A DNA stretch of 62,546 nt, the filler included, from Basidiobolus ranarum (Eukaryota): assembly GCA_040143965.1 (NCBI GenBank). It is 14 parts of 14 records of this genome, joined end to end, with 100 filler letters (N's around TTAATTAATTAA, not from the genome) between each part and the next. Parts side by side here need not be neighbours in the genome. Positions count along the whole stretch, not along the records: positions 1 to 4,391 come from JASJQH010008851.1; positions 4,492 to 8,880 come from JASJQH010008852.1; positions 8,981 to 13,368 come from JASJQH010008853.1; 11 more parts are not named here. One strand, given 5' to 3'. The notes beneath the pieces are model-generated. The model worked only from the letters and a program-made list of their open reading frames with translations, searched no databases and had not been told where the DNA came from. This document shows positions 1 to 11,964 of the stretch, one piece after another. The translations under genes and the position numbers were made by a program. How positions within the stretch are numbered: position 1 is the stretch's first letter; each line of letters opens with the position of its first letter.

Positions 1-439
1 AGATCAAGGCATTGATGAATGGAATAAGTTTATGCTCATAAAAGTTTCAATGGGATTTGAAAATATGCTGCACAAGACTTTAATTTGCACATTAGACAAT
101 AGATATTTATAGAACTGCCTATGTATTTTCTTTAACTTACTATGAGGTAAGAATATATACAGGCTGCATTTATAACAAATTTGTCTGCAAAGTTTCAGTG
201 AAATTTTGAGATGTGTTGGATAATTTTGCAAAAATAGTGTAGATAGGTAAAAGTGAACTAATTGATACATCTATCTATTATTACAAAAAGCTTGTATTCT
301 GCATTTCAGTATGGAGTGCTAAACAATCAGAACATGAGTGAACTACTAGATCATTAGTTGTCATTCACAGTTAGCTGGTTTTGAATCAATTATTCTATTT
401 TTCTATCAAATCTTAATTGTATCTTAATGACTTAAGTTG

Positions 440-870
440 TGCTTAGGCTAACTTTTGATTAGGCTGTCAGAAATCATCGCTTCTGTAGGAGAATAGAAAA
501 GGACAAGTTTGTTGTGCTTTATTGCCTCTCTAAAAAGCATGACCTGATATATGAATGTTTGCTCAAGCATTGAAACAGGGTTTTGATCCAATGGATTACT
601 ACTTAAGTTTTCTGAAAGAACAGTAATGGCACATCTTTGCATTTATGCATAGTCAGGAAATTGCTTCCTGGACTGCTTAGCTTTGTGTGTAGTACTAGAG
701 GAAGCCATTGAGTAAGCACTGTAGTGGAGAGTGCTACACTTTGATTTTTATTGCTATTTCAACTTATAGTTTTATTACTAAATAGAAACATAAACCCAGT
801 TGTTGTGCAATTGTGAGGTTTCTTCTCTAGTCATTGTCATAGTGGCCTTCAAAATGAGATGCCTCCAGAG
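440..870 (-). mobile_element. Degenerate Ty1/copia RNase H remnant
   Basis: Minus-strand peptide ...LFREAIKHNKLVLFYSPTEAMISDSLIKS resembles the copia RNase H C-terminus (YCPTEEMIADILTK type). The reading frame is broken. Confidence 0.7.
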
Positions 871-908
871 GGTCAGAGAATTTAAGAACTAGTACATACA
901 CCAGATTA

Positions 909-1258
909 TGTTGTAATTAGATAAATAGCAACACATTATTCAGTAGCTAGCATATTCATCTTTTAAATGTTTAGCTACTAATTGTGTCATTCAAAATGTG
1001 TGTTTATTGCTCTAATTGATAGAAAATCAAATAGACCCCTTTTACCAATTTTCACTATTTTCTCAAAACTTCTCCTAATCACCTCAAATTTTCACCCATG
1101 CTTAACAGGCATGTTTGTCATGATCTAAGCCCATCTATTAGTCCTTTTTCATAGTAAACTATCAAGTGGACTTATCAAATTTTACAAGACTTAAGTGTCT
1201 ATTTCATGAATCCAAATCTTGCCCAAAACACTTGCAAATCCACTAAACACTTTTATCA
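909..1258 (+). repeat. 5' LTR of copia family A
   Basis: TGTT...ATCA termini, directly followed by PBS GGTTACGAGCCC (1259-1270) and gag. Homologous to ~13469-13762, ~14652-14995 and 25481-25832. Confidence 0.85.
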
Positions 1259-4200
1259 GGTTACGAGCCCCAAGAAAGCTGTTATAAGAAAGTCTGCCAG
1301 TACTATTACCAATGTTTTTGCATCCACAGAGAAGTTTGATGGTGAAAACTTTCACCTTTGGAAGTTCAAGATGCAAATGGTGCTAGATGACAAAGACCTT
1401 TGGGGATTTGGTACAGGAGAAGAAATAGAACAAAAGGGACTACCAGAAGCAATCCTTGCCTTTCACAAGAAGCAGAGGAAAGCACTCTCCACACCTTGTC
1501 TACATCTCAGAGATTCTCAAGTGATACACCTACAATAAACCAAGAACATCCAAAATACTTGGGAAGCACTTGAGGAACTATATGACACTGAAATATGGCT
1601 TATTAGCCATATCTTAGGTGAAAATTATTCTTGATTCAGATGAATCCTGATGGTTCTATGCTTAATCATAAATTGGATAAAAACTATGGCAGACCAGCTC
1701 TCATGCATTGGAGCACCTCTAATTGAGGATGACTTAGTCATAACACTACTTGGGAGCCTGCCAGACAAGTTTGGGAACCTTATAATTGCCCTAGAATTAA
1801 GATCAATGCCATCAACAATTGAATATGTTGGTGCTGGGCTTTTCAATCAAGAATTAAGGAGATCCAATTATCAGCAAATTAACGCAGAACAGGCATTTTT
1901 TGGAGCTGTAAAACATCTAACAGGCTTGAATAATGGCGCTCCTAATAGGAAATTAATAATCTGCAAGTATTGCAAGAAATGAGGCCATTTAATCAAAGAT
2001 TGCAGAAAAGGATTTTTGCCAAAAAGCTAAAATTGGAACAGGTAAGTCAGACAGGCTCAGATGGAGATCATTTATCTGTGTCTGCCCTATAAGTATCCAC
2101 TAAAGCAAACTCAGAAATGTGGTATATTGATTCAAAAGCTTCCTAGCATAGATCAAACAGGAGAGATTGGTTTTGCTGCTTAAAACCAATCCAAACAAGG
2201 GACATCACAGTTATGCTCAATTTAGACCAAAATTCAGCTACTTCATCTGCAAAACTTGATAAAGTACTCATTGTACCAAAAATAGCCAATAATCTACTTG
2301 CAGTAAGCAAAGCATCAACTTGAGGTCAAAATATCATGCTTAGTAAGGCTGGAAGCACTATCACAGATTGGATTAATACCAAATTGACTACTAGGATCAG
2401 AACTCAAAACTTATATAAGCTAGAAATCAACAACTTGCATCCTGAGCATGCAAACTTGGCCAAAACTGGCAAAATAAGCTGTCAAACATGGCAGAAAAGA
2501 TTGGGCCACATTGGGGAGCAAAAAAGTGACCCAAATATTCCAAAATCAGCTTGTTTCAGGCTTGGAAATTGGAAAATTCACTCAATTGAATCTGTGTGAA
2601 GGTTGCATATATGGAAAACATTGCAGACAGCCATTTTTGAGCTCTGGACAGATCAAATCCACTTAGATTTTTGCCCTCATTCATTTCAACCTATGCGGGC
2701 CCATGAAAGATGTCTCATTAGGTGGCAAAAGAAACATTATGATCTTTATTCATGACAAAATAAGGAACAATGGTATTCTTTCCCAAATCCAAATTTGAAG
2801 CCTTAGCTACATTCAAGCACTACAAAGCAATGGTAGCGAAAGAATCAGCACAAAAAATAAGGGTATCAAGGTGTGATAATGAAGGAGAATACTACTCTAA
2901 ATACTTTGCTAGTTTTTTGCTCTGAACATGGAATTAAGCAACAAACTACTGTATTTCATACTCCACAACAAAATGGAGTTGCAGAATGTGCTAATAGGAC
3001 CAAAGTGGAAATGGCAAGAACAAAATTACATTATCAAAAGTTAGATTACCACTATTGGGCTGGATCTGTCTCTACTGTAGTCTATATCAAAAACAGATGC
3101 CTAACAAGTTTGTTACAAGATTCTACTCAATTTGAAGCCCTATATGGATCAAAACCAAGTGCGGATCATCTCTCAATCTTTGGTTGCACATCATGTTGCC
3201 TAATTCCTGCTCAAGAACACTCTAAATTGGAGCCCAAAAGCAGAAAATGCATATTTCTTGGCTACTGTAATGGATCCAAGGCCTACAGACTGTTTGATAC
3301 TAAAACCTAAGAGGTAATCCAGTGCAGAGATGTGATTTTGATTAAAAAGCATATTTTTCACCTCAAATCACAGTACTTGATCCAGAAAATGCAATCAGTT
3401 CTATTCAGGAAGTTTTTGACAATATTTCAGGTGTATCAGAGCCCTTTTTGAACAAAATTTCAGTCTCAATTACATCAGAGGATGATTCAGGACCCAGAAG
3501 ATCATTCAGAAGGAGAAATAAGCCAGGAAGCTGGTGAAACACTTCCAATGATGATGCATATGCTTATGCAGCATTCTGTGACAAACCATTGATTCTGGTT
3601 CAAGCTCTGGAGTGTCCAGAATTGAAATGATGGGAAAAAGCATTGTCAGATGAGTGTTCTTCACTTTGGGACAATAAAACGTGGGTTTTAGGTCCGTTCC
3701 ATTGGGGAGAGAGCCAATAGGTTGCAAATGGGTCTACAAAGTCAACCATCAAGCTGATGGCACCATACAAAGGTACAAAGCAAGATTAGTTGCCAAAGGC
3801 TATTCCCAGAATCCAGGAGTTGATTTTAATGAAGCTTTTGCTCCAGTAGCTAGGTTTAGCTCTAATAGATCAATCATGGCACTCTCAGCCATCCATAACC
3901 TTGATCTCCACTTAATGGTTGTAAAATCAACCTTTCTGAATAGAAATATATAGGAAAAGATTGATATGTTGCAACCATATGGATATGTTGAACCAAGACA
4001 TCCTGATATGGTCTGAAAACTGCAAAAATTGCTATATGAACTCAAGCAAGCACCCAGGGCATGATACAACAATATAGCTACATATTTGGCATTACTGTAA
4101 TTCCAAAAATGCACTGCAAATCACTGTATTTACATCGTAACAACAAGAAATAGGATATGTATCTTGGCACTATATGTAGATGACTTGATCATACCCACAA

Positions 4201-4391
4201 ATGACCTAGAAGCACTTAATCAGACAAAAAGCAGCTTATCAAACCAATTTCAGATGACTGATATGGGTGAATTAAGTTATTTTCTTGGAATCCAAATCAA
4301 GAGAGATAAACCCAATCAGAAAGTCATGCTGAATCAGTCTAGATACATCCTGGACATCCTAAAACGCTTCAACATGGAGAAGAGCACGCCT
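909..4391 (+). mobile_element. Ty1/copia retrotransposon family A, near full length, pseudogenised (gag-protease-integrase-RT), cut by the contig end
   Basis: Gag KFDGENFHLWKFKM, zinc knuckle CKYCKK*GH, protease WYIDS, integrase TPQQNGVAE, RT PIGCKWVYK...YKARLVAKGYSQ and LYVDDL. Integrase precedes RT. Many stops and frameshifts. Confidence 0.95.
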
Positions 4392-4491
4392 NNNNNNNNN
4401 NNNNNNNNNNNNNNNNNNNNNNNNNNNNNNNNNNNTTAATTAATTAANNNNNNNNNNNNNNNNNNNNNNNNNNNNNNNNNNNNNNNNNNNN
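4392..4491. other. Artificial 100-bp contig spacer (N44-TTAATTAATTAA-N44). Identical spacers start at 8881, 13369, 17855, 22338, 26817, 31289, 35757, 40225, 44692, 49158, 53623 and 58086
   Basis: Identical N-flanked six-frame stop linker. The segments between spacers never increase in length (4391, 4389, 4388, 4386, 4383, 4379, 4372, 4368, 4368, 4367, 4366, 4365, 4363, 4361 bp). Confidence 0.99.
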
Positions 4492-5332
4492 AGTTAAAAT
4501 CCACAATATTCCTCTATAAATTCTCGCATCATTTAATCCTTCAATAATCATTATCAGTTTAATAATCAGGTATGTATCATTATTCTCTGCTGGTGTTGAT
4601 ACCAGCCTTGGTGTACACTTAATATCTTATTTAGCAATCGACTCACGGACCACCCTCTGCAAAAGAATATTGATCCCAGTTCACTTTCTTCTGCATTCTA
4701 ACTGATTATTTCACTCGTTGACCAGTACCTGATCAGTTCATATTGGGACCATATATTCCAGTATCATCAATTTTCACTTCCTTATAGCAAGTCTAGACGC
4801 AAAAGCCAAATCAACATTTGCTGAAAAATCTTAGATCTGAGCTTACTTCTAGCACCAAACAATAATTCAAGAACACTGCTAACATCGCAAAAACCTAAGT
4901 AACGGTTGAAGCCGTGAGAGCATATATGTATCTTAAATATCCGATAAGAGTTCGACATGCTGGCAGATATGACGCATCATAATGATCGGCATACAAGCAC
5001 TAACTATCAGTAAAGCGTTTATTCTGGAATGACGATGATGACTTATGGATCTCGATCTATCCAATGACCAGTTAGCTGATTGGCTGGATAATTCAATGTG
5101 AGGCCTGTGACGATGCTTCTGAATTTCATTGAATCAGTGTGACCGCAAAACGTTACATTTCTCATCGCATTTCGCTATTTCTCACCACTAGAGCCAATTC
5201 TTTGTCATCTGAAATCACTCTGCTTAAACCTGAACCCGGTCGACTCCTATAAAAATATAAGCCAAGCCGAAGCATTATATGAATAACTTTTTGTACTAGC
5301 TCTGATTGCTATCGTTGGTTTACAAACAGATC

Positions 5333-7565
5333 ATGCCATCTAGCACTGAGAAACGTATTGCCTCTGTCAAAGCACATCTCTCACATTCAGTTTCCCCATC
5401 CCCCAGGTAATATTTCTCTTCTACTCTGTATTTGCCATTAATCTAACGTACTTTATAGCCCTACCGAAAGTCTAGCCGCCGAGAGAGCCAATCCCTCGTT
5501 CCCCGTTCGTGAATTGACTTATTTTGTAGATGGCGGTCAAGAGATCACAAAGGTATTTCTTCATTCCCATATAGCCAGACTTGAAGTCAGCACTGATAGA
5601 TTTTGATTGGTTGGAAATTAGCTGAATGAGAAGTTCATGTTTGAATTGGAGAGAACTGCTGTATGGAAAATGGATGATATTCACAACCTACCTTTACCAG
5701 CGGTGAGAGAAAGAGCTCTAAAGAAGATAAAGAGTGTTCTTCATAATATGGCTAATGAGCCACCTGAACACTTCCAGAGAAGAGTTGTATTCATGGGCTT
5801 AGTGGACCCTGGCGTTTACACAAGACTCAATGTCCACGTGAATTTATTCTATAGTACATTATCGGGCCAAGCCACCCCAGCTCAACTGAACTATTGGACG
5901 AAACGAGGCGCAAGAACAATGAACGGTGTGACTGGTTGCTTCAGTATGACTGAGCTTGGCCATGGTTCTAATGTAGCTGCTCTTGAAACTACGGCTACAT
6001 TTGATGAAACTACTGATGAGTTCGTCATTCACACCCCTACCATCACCGCTACGAAGTGGTGGATTGGCGGTGCTGCCCATACAGCCACTCATACTACGGC
6101 ATATGCTCAGATGATCGTGAAGGGTCAGAATTATGGGGTCAAGGTTTTTGTTGTCCCTCTTCGTGATCCCAATACCTTCGACCTACTACCTGGAGTGAAT
6201 ATCGGCGATATCGGTAAGAAGATGGGCCGTGATGGGATTGATAATGGGTGGATTCAATTTACCAACGTTCGTATTCCTCGTCAAAATATGTTGATGAAAT
6301 TCACGCAAGTCACTCGTACAGGCGAAGTGGTTTCACCTCCTCTTGCCCAGCTCGCTTATGGTGCACTTATTGGTGGTAGAGTTCTCATGATTCGTGATAG
6401 CAGTAACTTTGCCAAGAAGGCTCTCACAATCGCTCTCAGATATGCAGCTGTCCGACGCCAATTCTCTGCCAATCCTACCGAGCCTGAAACCAAAGTGTTA
6501 GATTACGTAATTCATCAAAATCGGTTATTGCCGTTACTTGCTCAAGCATATGCAGTCAATTTCACAAGTATGGAAGTAAGCAAGCTATACCGCAATTTAC
6601 TGGATAAAATGCAGAACGCTCGTCCTGGTGATGACATGTCAGAAAACATCCTCATACTCAAAGAAACTCATGCTACCACTGCTGGTCTCAAAGCATTTTG
6701 CACTTGGAATTGTCTGAAAACGATTGAACAATGTCGTCAAGCCTGTGGTGGACATGGGTATTCAGCATACACGGGCTTAGCATCTATGTACCAAGATTTT
6801 GCAGTACAATGTACTTGGGAAGGAGATAATACTATTTTGACACTTCAGACTGGCCGCTCTTTAATTAATTACTATCAAGAGGCTAAGAGCGGTGGAAACA
6901 TCCCGGCAGGCGTTGGCTATCTCAAGAATGTCGAACAGCTGAGTGCACTTCGCTGCCAGGGTGATGATATTGCATCTATCACAGCATTTGATACTATCAT
7001 TGAAGCTTGGGGCGTTGTAGCAGCAAATGCAGTTAGAACGGCGGCAGATATATTCGATGCTTCTATATCACAGGGAGCTTCTAAAGAAGCGGCTTTAGAA
7101 AGTTGTGCTGTAGAAAGACTGCATGCAGCAAGAATGCATTGCTATGGTTACATTTTCAAGAAGTTTACCGAATCTATTCTTGAGGCACCACAGAGTGTGA
7201 CTGTGATACTAAACAAACTTTGTTTACTCTACGGTTTATACAATATCCAAGAGAATGCTGGTGAATTTATTGGTTCACAGTATTTCTCTACGAATCAAAT
7301 GTCTATTATTCGTCAGCAAGTAACTGAGCTCTGCTCTGCCATTCGCAAAGATGCGATTCCACTGGTGGACGCTTTTAACTTGTCTGACTTTGTCATTAAT
7401 TCCCCTTTGGGAAGGTACGATGGAAACGTATATGAGTCATACTTTAACGTGGTGAAATCCAATAACCCTCAACAGCCAGTCCCATATTTTGAGTCAACTA
7501 TTCGTCCCATTCTCAATGCGAATTACTCCACACAAGAGATTCCCGATCTAGAAATAGATCAATAG
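5333..7565 (+). CDS. POX1: Peroxisomal acyl-CoA oxidase. Exons 5333-5406, 5459-5552, 5622-7565
   Basis: Motifs TELGHGSN, KWWIGG, GDIGKKMG, CGGHGY and CTWEGDN (catalytic Glu). Two GT-AG introns extend the ORF in frame to MPSSTEKRIASVKAHL. TATA-like box near 5248. Confidence 0.95.
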
Positions 7566-7779
7566 TCAAGTATCTGATGGATAATCCCCTATGTTCTTAA
7601 CAAAATCTTTCTAAATAAAATTACCATCTATAAATTATGCCTTTTGTAATAGTGACGGGCTTGTTTATTGAAAGATAGATATATGTGAACTTTAAGTAGG
7701 CTTGGACTGCAGTTATCAAACCTTGGCTCAATATAATAAAGTGAAATAGATAGCTGCTGAGATCAAACATCAAACTATT

Positions 7780-8280
7780 CCCACTTTTATATACTAAAGG
7801 ATGCATTTGCTGTTGAATATGACATAGCATAAGCATCTATATAATCATATAGTTAGCTTCCACTATACTATTAATTAATATCTTCAACTGGAATTTACTT
7901 ATAATCTTCAAAACTGCAAGTTGGTGAAATATTCTATGATTTTCTCAAACTAGTCTAAAAATCCCAAGCTGCACAATGGTTGATCTATCTTTTGACAAAA
8001 GTATGAATGCCAACTTACACCTAATAGATCTTCAACTTCATATGAGATTAATCAATCTGCTTTTGTCTGATCTTGCTTGAAGTACATACTGTATTCAGTA
8101 TCAGTCTTTTGGAATATGAATAGTTACAAAAAAGCATCTACCTTGCTATTCCAAGCTCTTTGAAAATGCTTTAAATCATCAAGTATTTTCTTGTGCCTTG
8201 AAGCTTTTTGAAGTCTTTGAGGTCCATAAGCCTATTTATCAATGTAGAAATCCTCTACAGGCATTGCATTTAAAGAAACA
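7780..8280 (-). mobile_element. Highly degenerate copia RT remnant
   Basis: Reverse complement resembles the copia RT stretch at ~61280-61440 (GAATAGCAAG.TAGATGCTTTTTT...CATATTCCAAAAGA). CpG-poor. Boundaries approximate. Confidence 0.6.
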
Positions 8281-9538
8281 ATTATGATCTCTACTTAGAA
8301 TAAACTTGAAAGAAAATAAAATTGATTTGATCTTGATCAGATCTGGCATCTGGGCCAAAATCTGGTCAGAGGACTATCATAACGTCATTCCCATATATTT
8401 TGCCAGAGTTAATGGTGCCCAAACATAAGGTATGCATCATTTAATATTATAAAATTTTATCAAAAACTCTTTTTTCATCTGCCATTTTGAAGGGTATAGA
8501 GCTTTATGATTTCTACTAAATATTGTGCATGCCCTTATACATGTATTTTAGCTTTTTATTTCAGCCATATTGAGAAGTAAAAAATATTGGTATCTCTTTA
8601 TGTTTGATCTCTGTACATGCATAAACCTGACTAATCAGGGTCACCCACAACAGCAATATGTATTGATAATAGACTAAAGGCAAAAAAATTATTATGCAAA
8701 AATCTATTTACTATCATCATCTTTCTCCTGTTTACACAGTTTTCATTCTGAATTCTGCCTCATTCTTACAATGCAATTTGGTCTTAAACATTCATTTTTT
8801 CAGTGTACTTGTATATATTGTGTACCAACACACCAAGTTATATAACTTGCACTAGCCCTTTTAAATCTATAAAAGTATCTNNNNNNNNNNNNNNNNNNNN
8901 NNNNNNNNNNNNNNNNNNNNNNNNTTAATTAATTAANNNNNNNNNNNNNNNNNNNNNNNNNNNNNNNNNNNNNNNNNNNNGCTGCATCTATCAATGGTGA
9001 TGAATGCCTCTGTATACTCTACTTTATTTTCATCAAAGAAAAGAAAAACCTCTCCAATCCTTGGTTTTTTGATTTCCAGCCTCCTTGTTACGTGCGAATT
9101 TGTGATCAAGGCAACTCAGTTTTATGAAACAAATATGCAGAGAAAGCAGGCCTTGGAGTCAAATCACTAGCAACACTTGGATATATTTTTCCTCGCAGTC
9201 GCTTTTGGTCAGTCTATACAATAGTTGTCAATAATAAATGCCATTACACTCTATAGATACCTTAATTGCCCTGTAACTTTAACAAAATCCAATTATTTGT
9301 AGTTCCAACCATCCAGAGTTGACGGATTTGAACTGGCATATCTATTTAAGGTTACCAATAGTGCCGCAATTCCAAGTTATGCCAAACAACCACACATCGC
9401 CCAATCACAATCAATGATTCCCAATTAGACATAAACTCCCCCAGCCAGAAACTTCCACAGCGCTCAATCCATCAGGATGAAGATCCTTTAAAGACTGACA
9501 GTACGACCACTCAGCCAACTCAGAAGACCCCTACTGCT

Positions 9539-10393
9539 ATGGAGACTATTGCTGTTGATTGCCCACCTGTAGTTGATGTGGCGGAAGCTGCTGGTGACAT
9601 CAAGAAATCTGTAGACAAGAGTGTAAACGGTAATACATTGGATACCCACGTCGACGCTTCAAAGGCTATTCCGTATGGCGTTGATGTTACCGCTGATCCT
9701 GCACTCACCGGTTACTACAAGGTTTCAGACTTTGAAAAGCTTAAAGAATGGATGGTAAGATGGTTCCCAAGTTCGACCATACCGGCAACCATCGAGCGGT
9801 CCAAAATTCTTGTCCTTGATTTAGATGACACTCTCATCAGCTATCGTATTGGCGCCAGTAGAGATGCTTACTGGCATAGAGAGGGAAGATCAATTAGCTT
9901 CAGACCATTCCTTAAATTGTTCCTCCAGGCAATGTGCCAATACTACGCAGCTGTTGATATTTTCACATCCAGTAGAGCTCCATACGCCGAATATGTAACG
10001 CGAGAAATTAATGAATTCATCCAGGAAGAAGGGGAAAACTACAAGATTCGTAGGGTTTTTTCTCGTGACGATTGCATTATTGACAATGGTGAACGGCGTA
10101 AGGATTTGATCCAGACTCATGGCATGCCCCTTAGCAGTATTGTCCTTGTTGATGATGATCCTTACTATTCGGTTCTCTCGCAGAACAACAATGTGCTCCA
10201 TCTCCCAGGCTGGGAAAAGGTTAACGGAGATACTTGGCTCATAGACAGCATTCCTTTTCTTGCTCATCTTTCTCAGTGTGAGAGCATCGAGAGGGAGATT
10301 GAGATGTTTAAAAAAATATGGAACAAGCACGAGTTTGTTAAAACGGCAACATCCACAATGGACAACAGTGCCAATTTTCCCATGTATTATTAG
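9539..10393 (+). CDS. FCP1/SCP-like (NIF) HAD phosphatase, 284 aa, intronless
   Basis: LVLDLDDTL (DxDxT motif I), FRPFL..FL, IFTSS..YA, KDL and LVDDD motifs. Confidence 0.85.
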   Translation: METIAVDCPPVVDVAEAAGDIKKSVDKSVNGNTLDTHVDASKAIPYGVDVTADPALTGYYKVSDFEKLKEWMVRWFPSSTIPATIERSKILVLDLDDTLISYRIGASRDAYWHREGRSISFRPFLKLFLQAMCQYYAAVDIFTSSRAPYAEYVTREINEFIQEEGENYKIRRVFSRDDCIIDNGERRKDLIQTHGMPLSSIVLVDDDPYYSVLSQNNNVLHLPGWEKVNGDTWLIDSIPFLAHLSQCESIEREIEMFKKIWNKHEFVKTATSTMDNSANFPMYY

Positions 10394-10908
10394 TCTGAAT
10401 AGCTAATCTCCAAATACTGTGCTTCAGTATCCAGGTTTTTATGAGAAATCTCTGGTAACAATAAAACAAAAACGTCAATTCAGTTATGATGCCACGAGTC
10501 TTCCTCAAAAACTGAGTCACATGATTACACAGTCCTATACTGGTGGTCAATCAGTGGTGACATTGAATGCCGATGCTAGAGGCGCATCATTCAGACCTCT
10601 TTGAAATGAACAGCAATACTTGTAAAGTGCAATCCAATTTCGCCAAAGCAACTCGTAAGCACAACGCAGGTTACAGCATCTATGCCTCTCCAAGCTCTAT
10701 TTGTAACAGTATAACTAAGTGCAAAGTAAGAAATCATATAATGGGTACAAATAAGATATGAGGTATAGTGTAGTATATCAAGTTAGGCATGATATCTATG
10801 CTAGAAATAATATGCTTCAATACTTGATACTATAAGCGTAATGGAATCATTCAATTTCAATTAAATATCTGTAAAACTGACACATGTATCTTGTTTGCTA
10901 CTAGTTAC

Positions 10909-11191
10909 TGTTGAAATTAGCATTGTCTAAACACCTATATAGTCATATATAGCTTATATTTCACTAAGATATTACCATTATTCTCATGAGGAATTTACTT
11001 AGTTCTCAGATATATAGATTTTTCAAGGAAGCCCCAAACTTTGCACACATATTCTTGGGACCTTCCTTAACACATTCTACACGTTAGTTTGTTTACATCT
11101 TGACAAAACTATAAATGTCAACTGAATACTCAATAAATCAATAAGTGAGAACCACCAAACCACTTCCAACAGGCTCCCAAATACTTTAACA
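10909..11191 (+). repeat. Solo LTR of copia family B with 5-bp TSD GTTAC
   Basis: TGTTGAAATTAGC...TACTTTAACA, with GTTAC at 10904-10908 and 11192-11196. Homologous to 58683-59030, which is attached to a PBS and gag. Confidence 0.9.
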
Positions 11192-11964
11192 GTTACTAGA
11201 TATGTTGTGGGTGTTTCAGATAGACTTGAAGCTATATGCTTGGGCTTTAGTTAATGAGCTAATCGAAAGCATTAGTGTAGTTGTGCTAGGAATTCACAAG
11301 AATTGTAATTGCTTTATGCTCCTAAGGAAGGACTAAAAATTCATAAGCTAACCCAGCACTTCACAAATTCTGTTTTTCTCAGTATTTCAGAGGTTATATA
11401 AAGTAGATCTTGCTACTTCAATGGCACTTATTAAAAGAATCAAAATAGCTATAATAAATATATCACAGTACTGGCACTTTTGACCTCTGCACTTCGAAGT
11501 TGCCCTGCTTTATCCTAGAAATGTGCATTTTAATCTTACCAAAATTCGAAGCACAATATTGCTATTTACTCTACACATAACTTTGAACAGCCCAGCTATA
11601 TTAGACTGTTCAGTGGATGCACTTTGGTCTTGCTTAGAGAATCTTCACAACTGAGTTTGAATAGAAAGGCTGTGCAATGAAATATGTACATGATATCCCA
11701 TGACATTTCTCTCCGTGAGAGAATAAATGTCTGGCACATTAACTGGAAAATTACTGCACTTCCATATTGTCTTGCCAAAAAGGATGGCCCAGTTGGCCCA
11801 TTTTATTCAATAAAATAATTAAACATGGTTACAAAAACAATATATATATCTACAAAATACTCACCATGGTATTTTGCGTACCACCAAACATAAAGCCTAT
11901 GTGCGTGGTAAAAAGCACGAAAATGTGAATGTTTTACTATATAACAAGTTAACGCTCATGAAGA

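Noticed and set aside
9890-10330. 146-aa antisense ORF, and similar short antisense ORFs over POX1, RPL20, USP, Rrm4 and the esterase
   Set aside because: These are shadow ORFs of real coding strands with no recognisable motifs.
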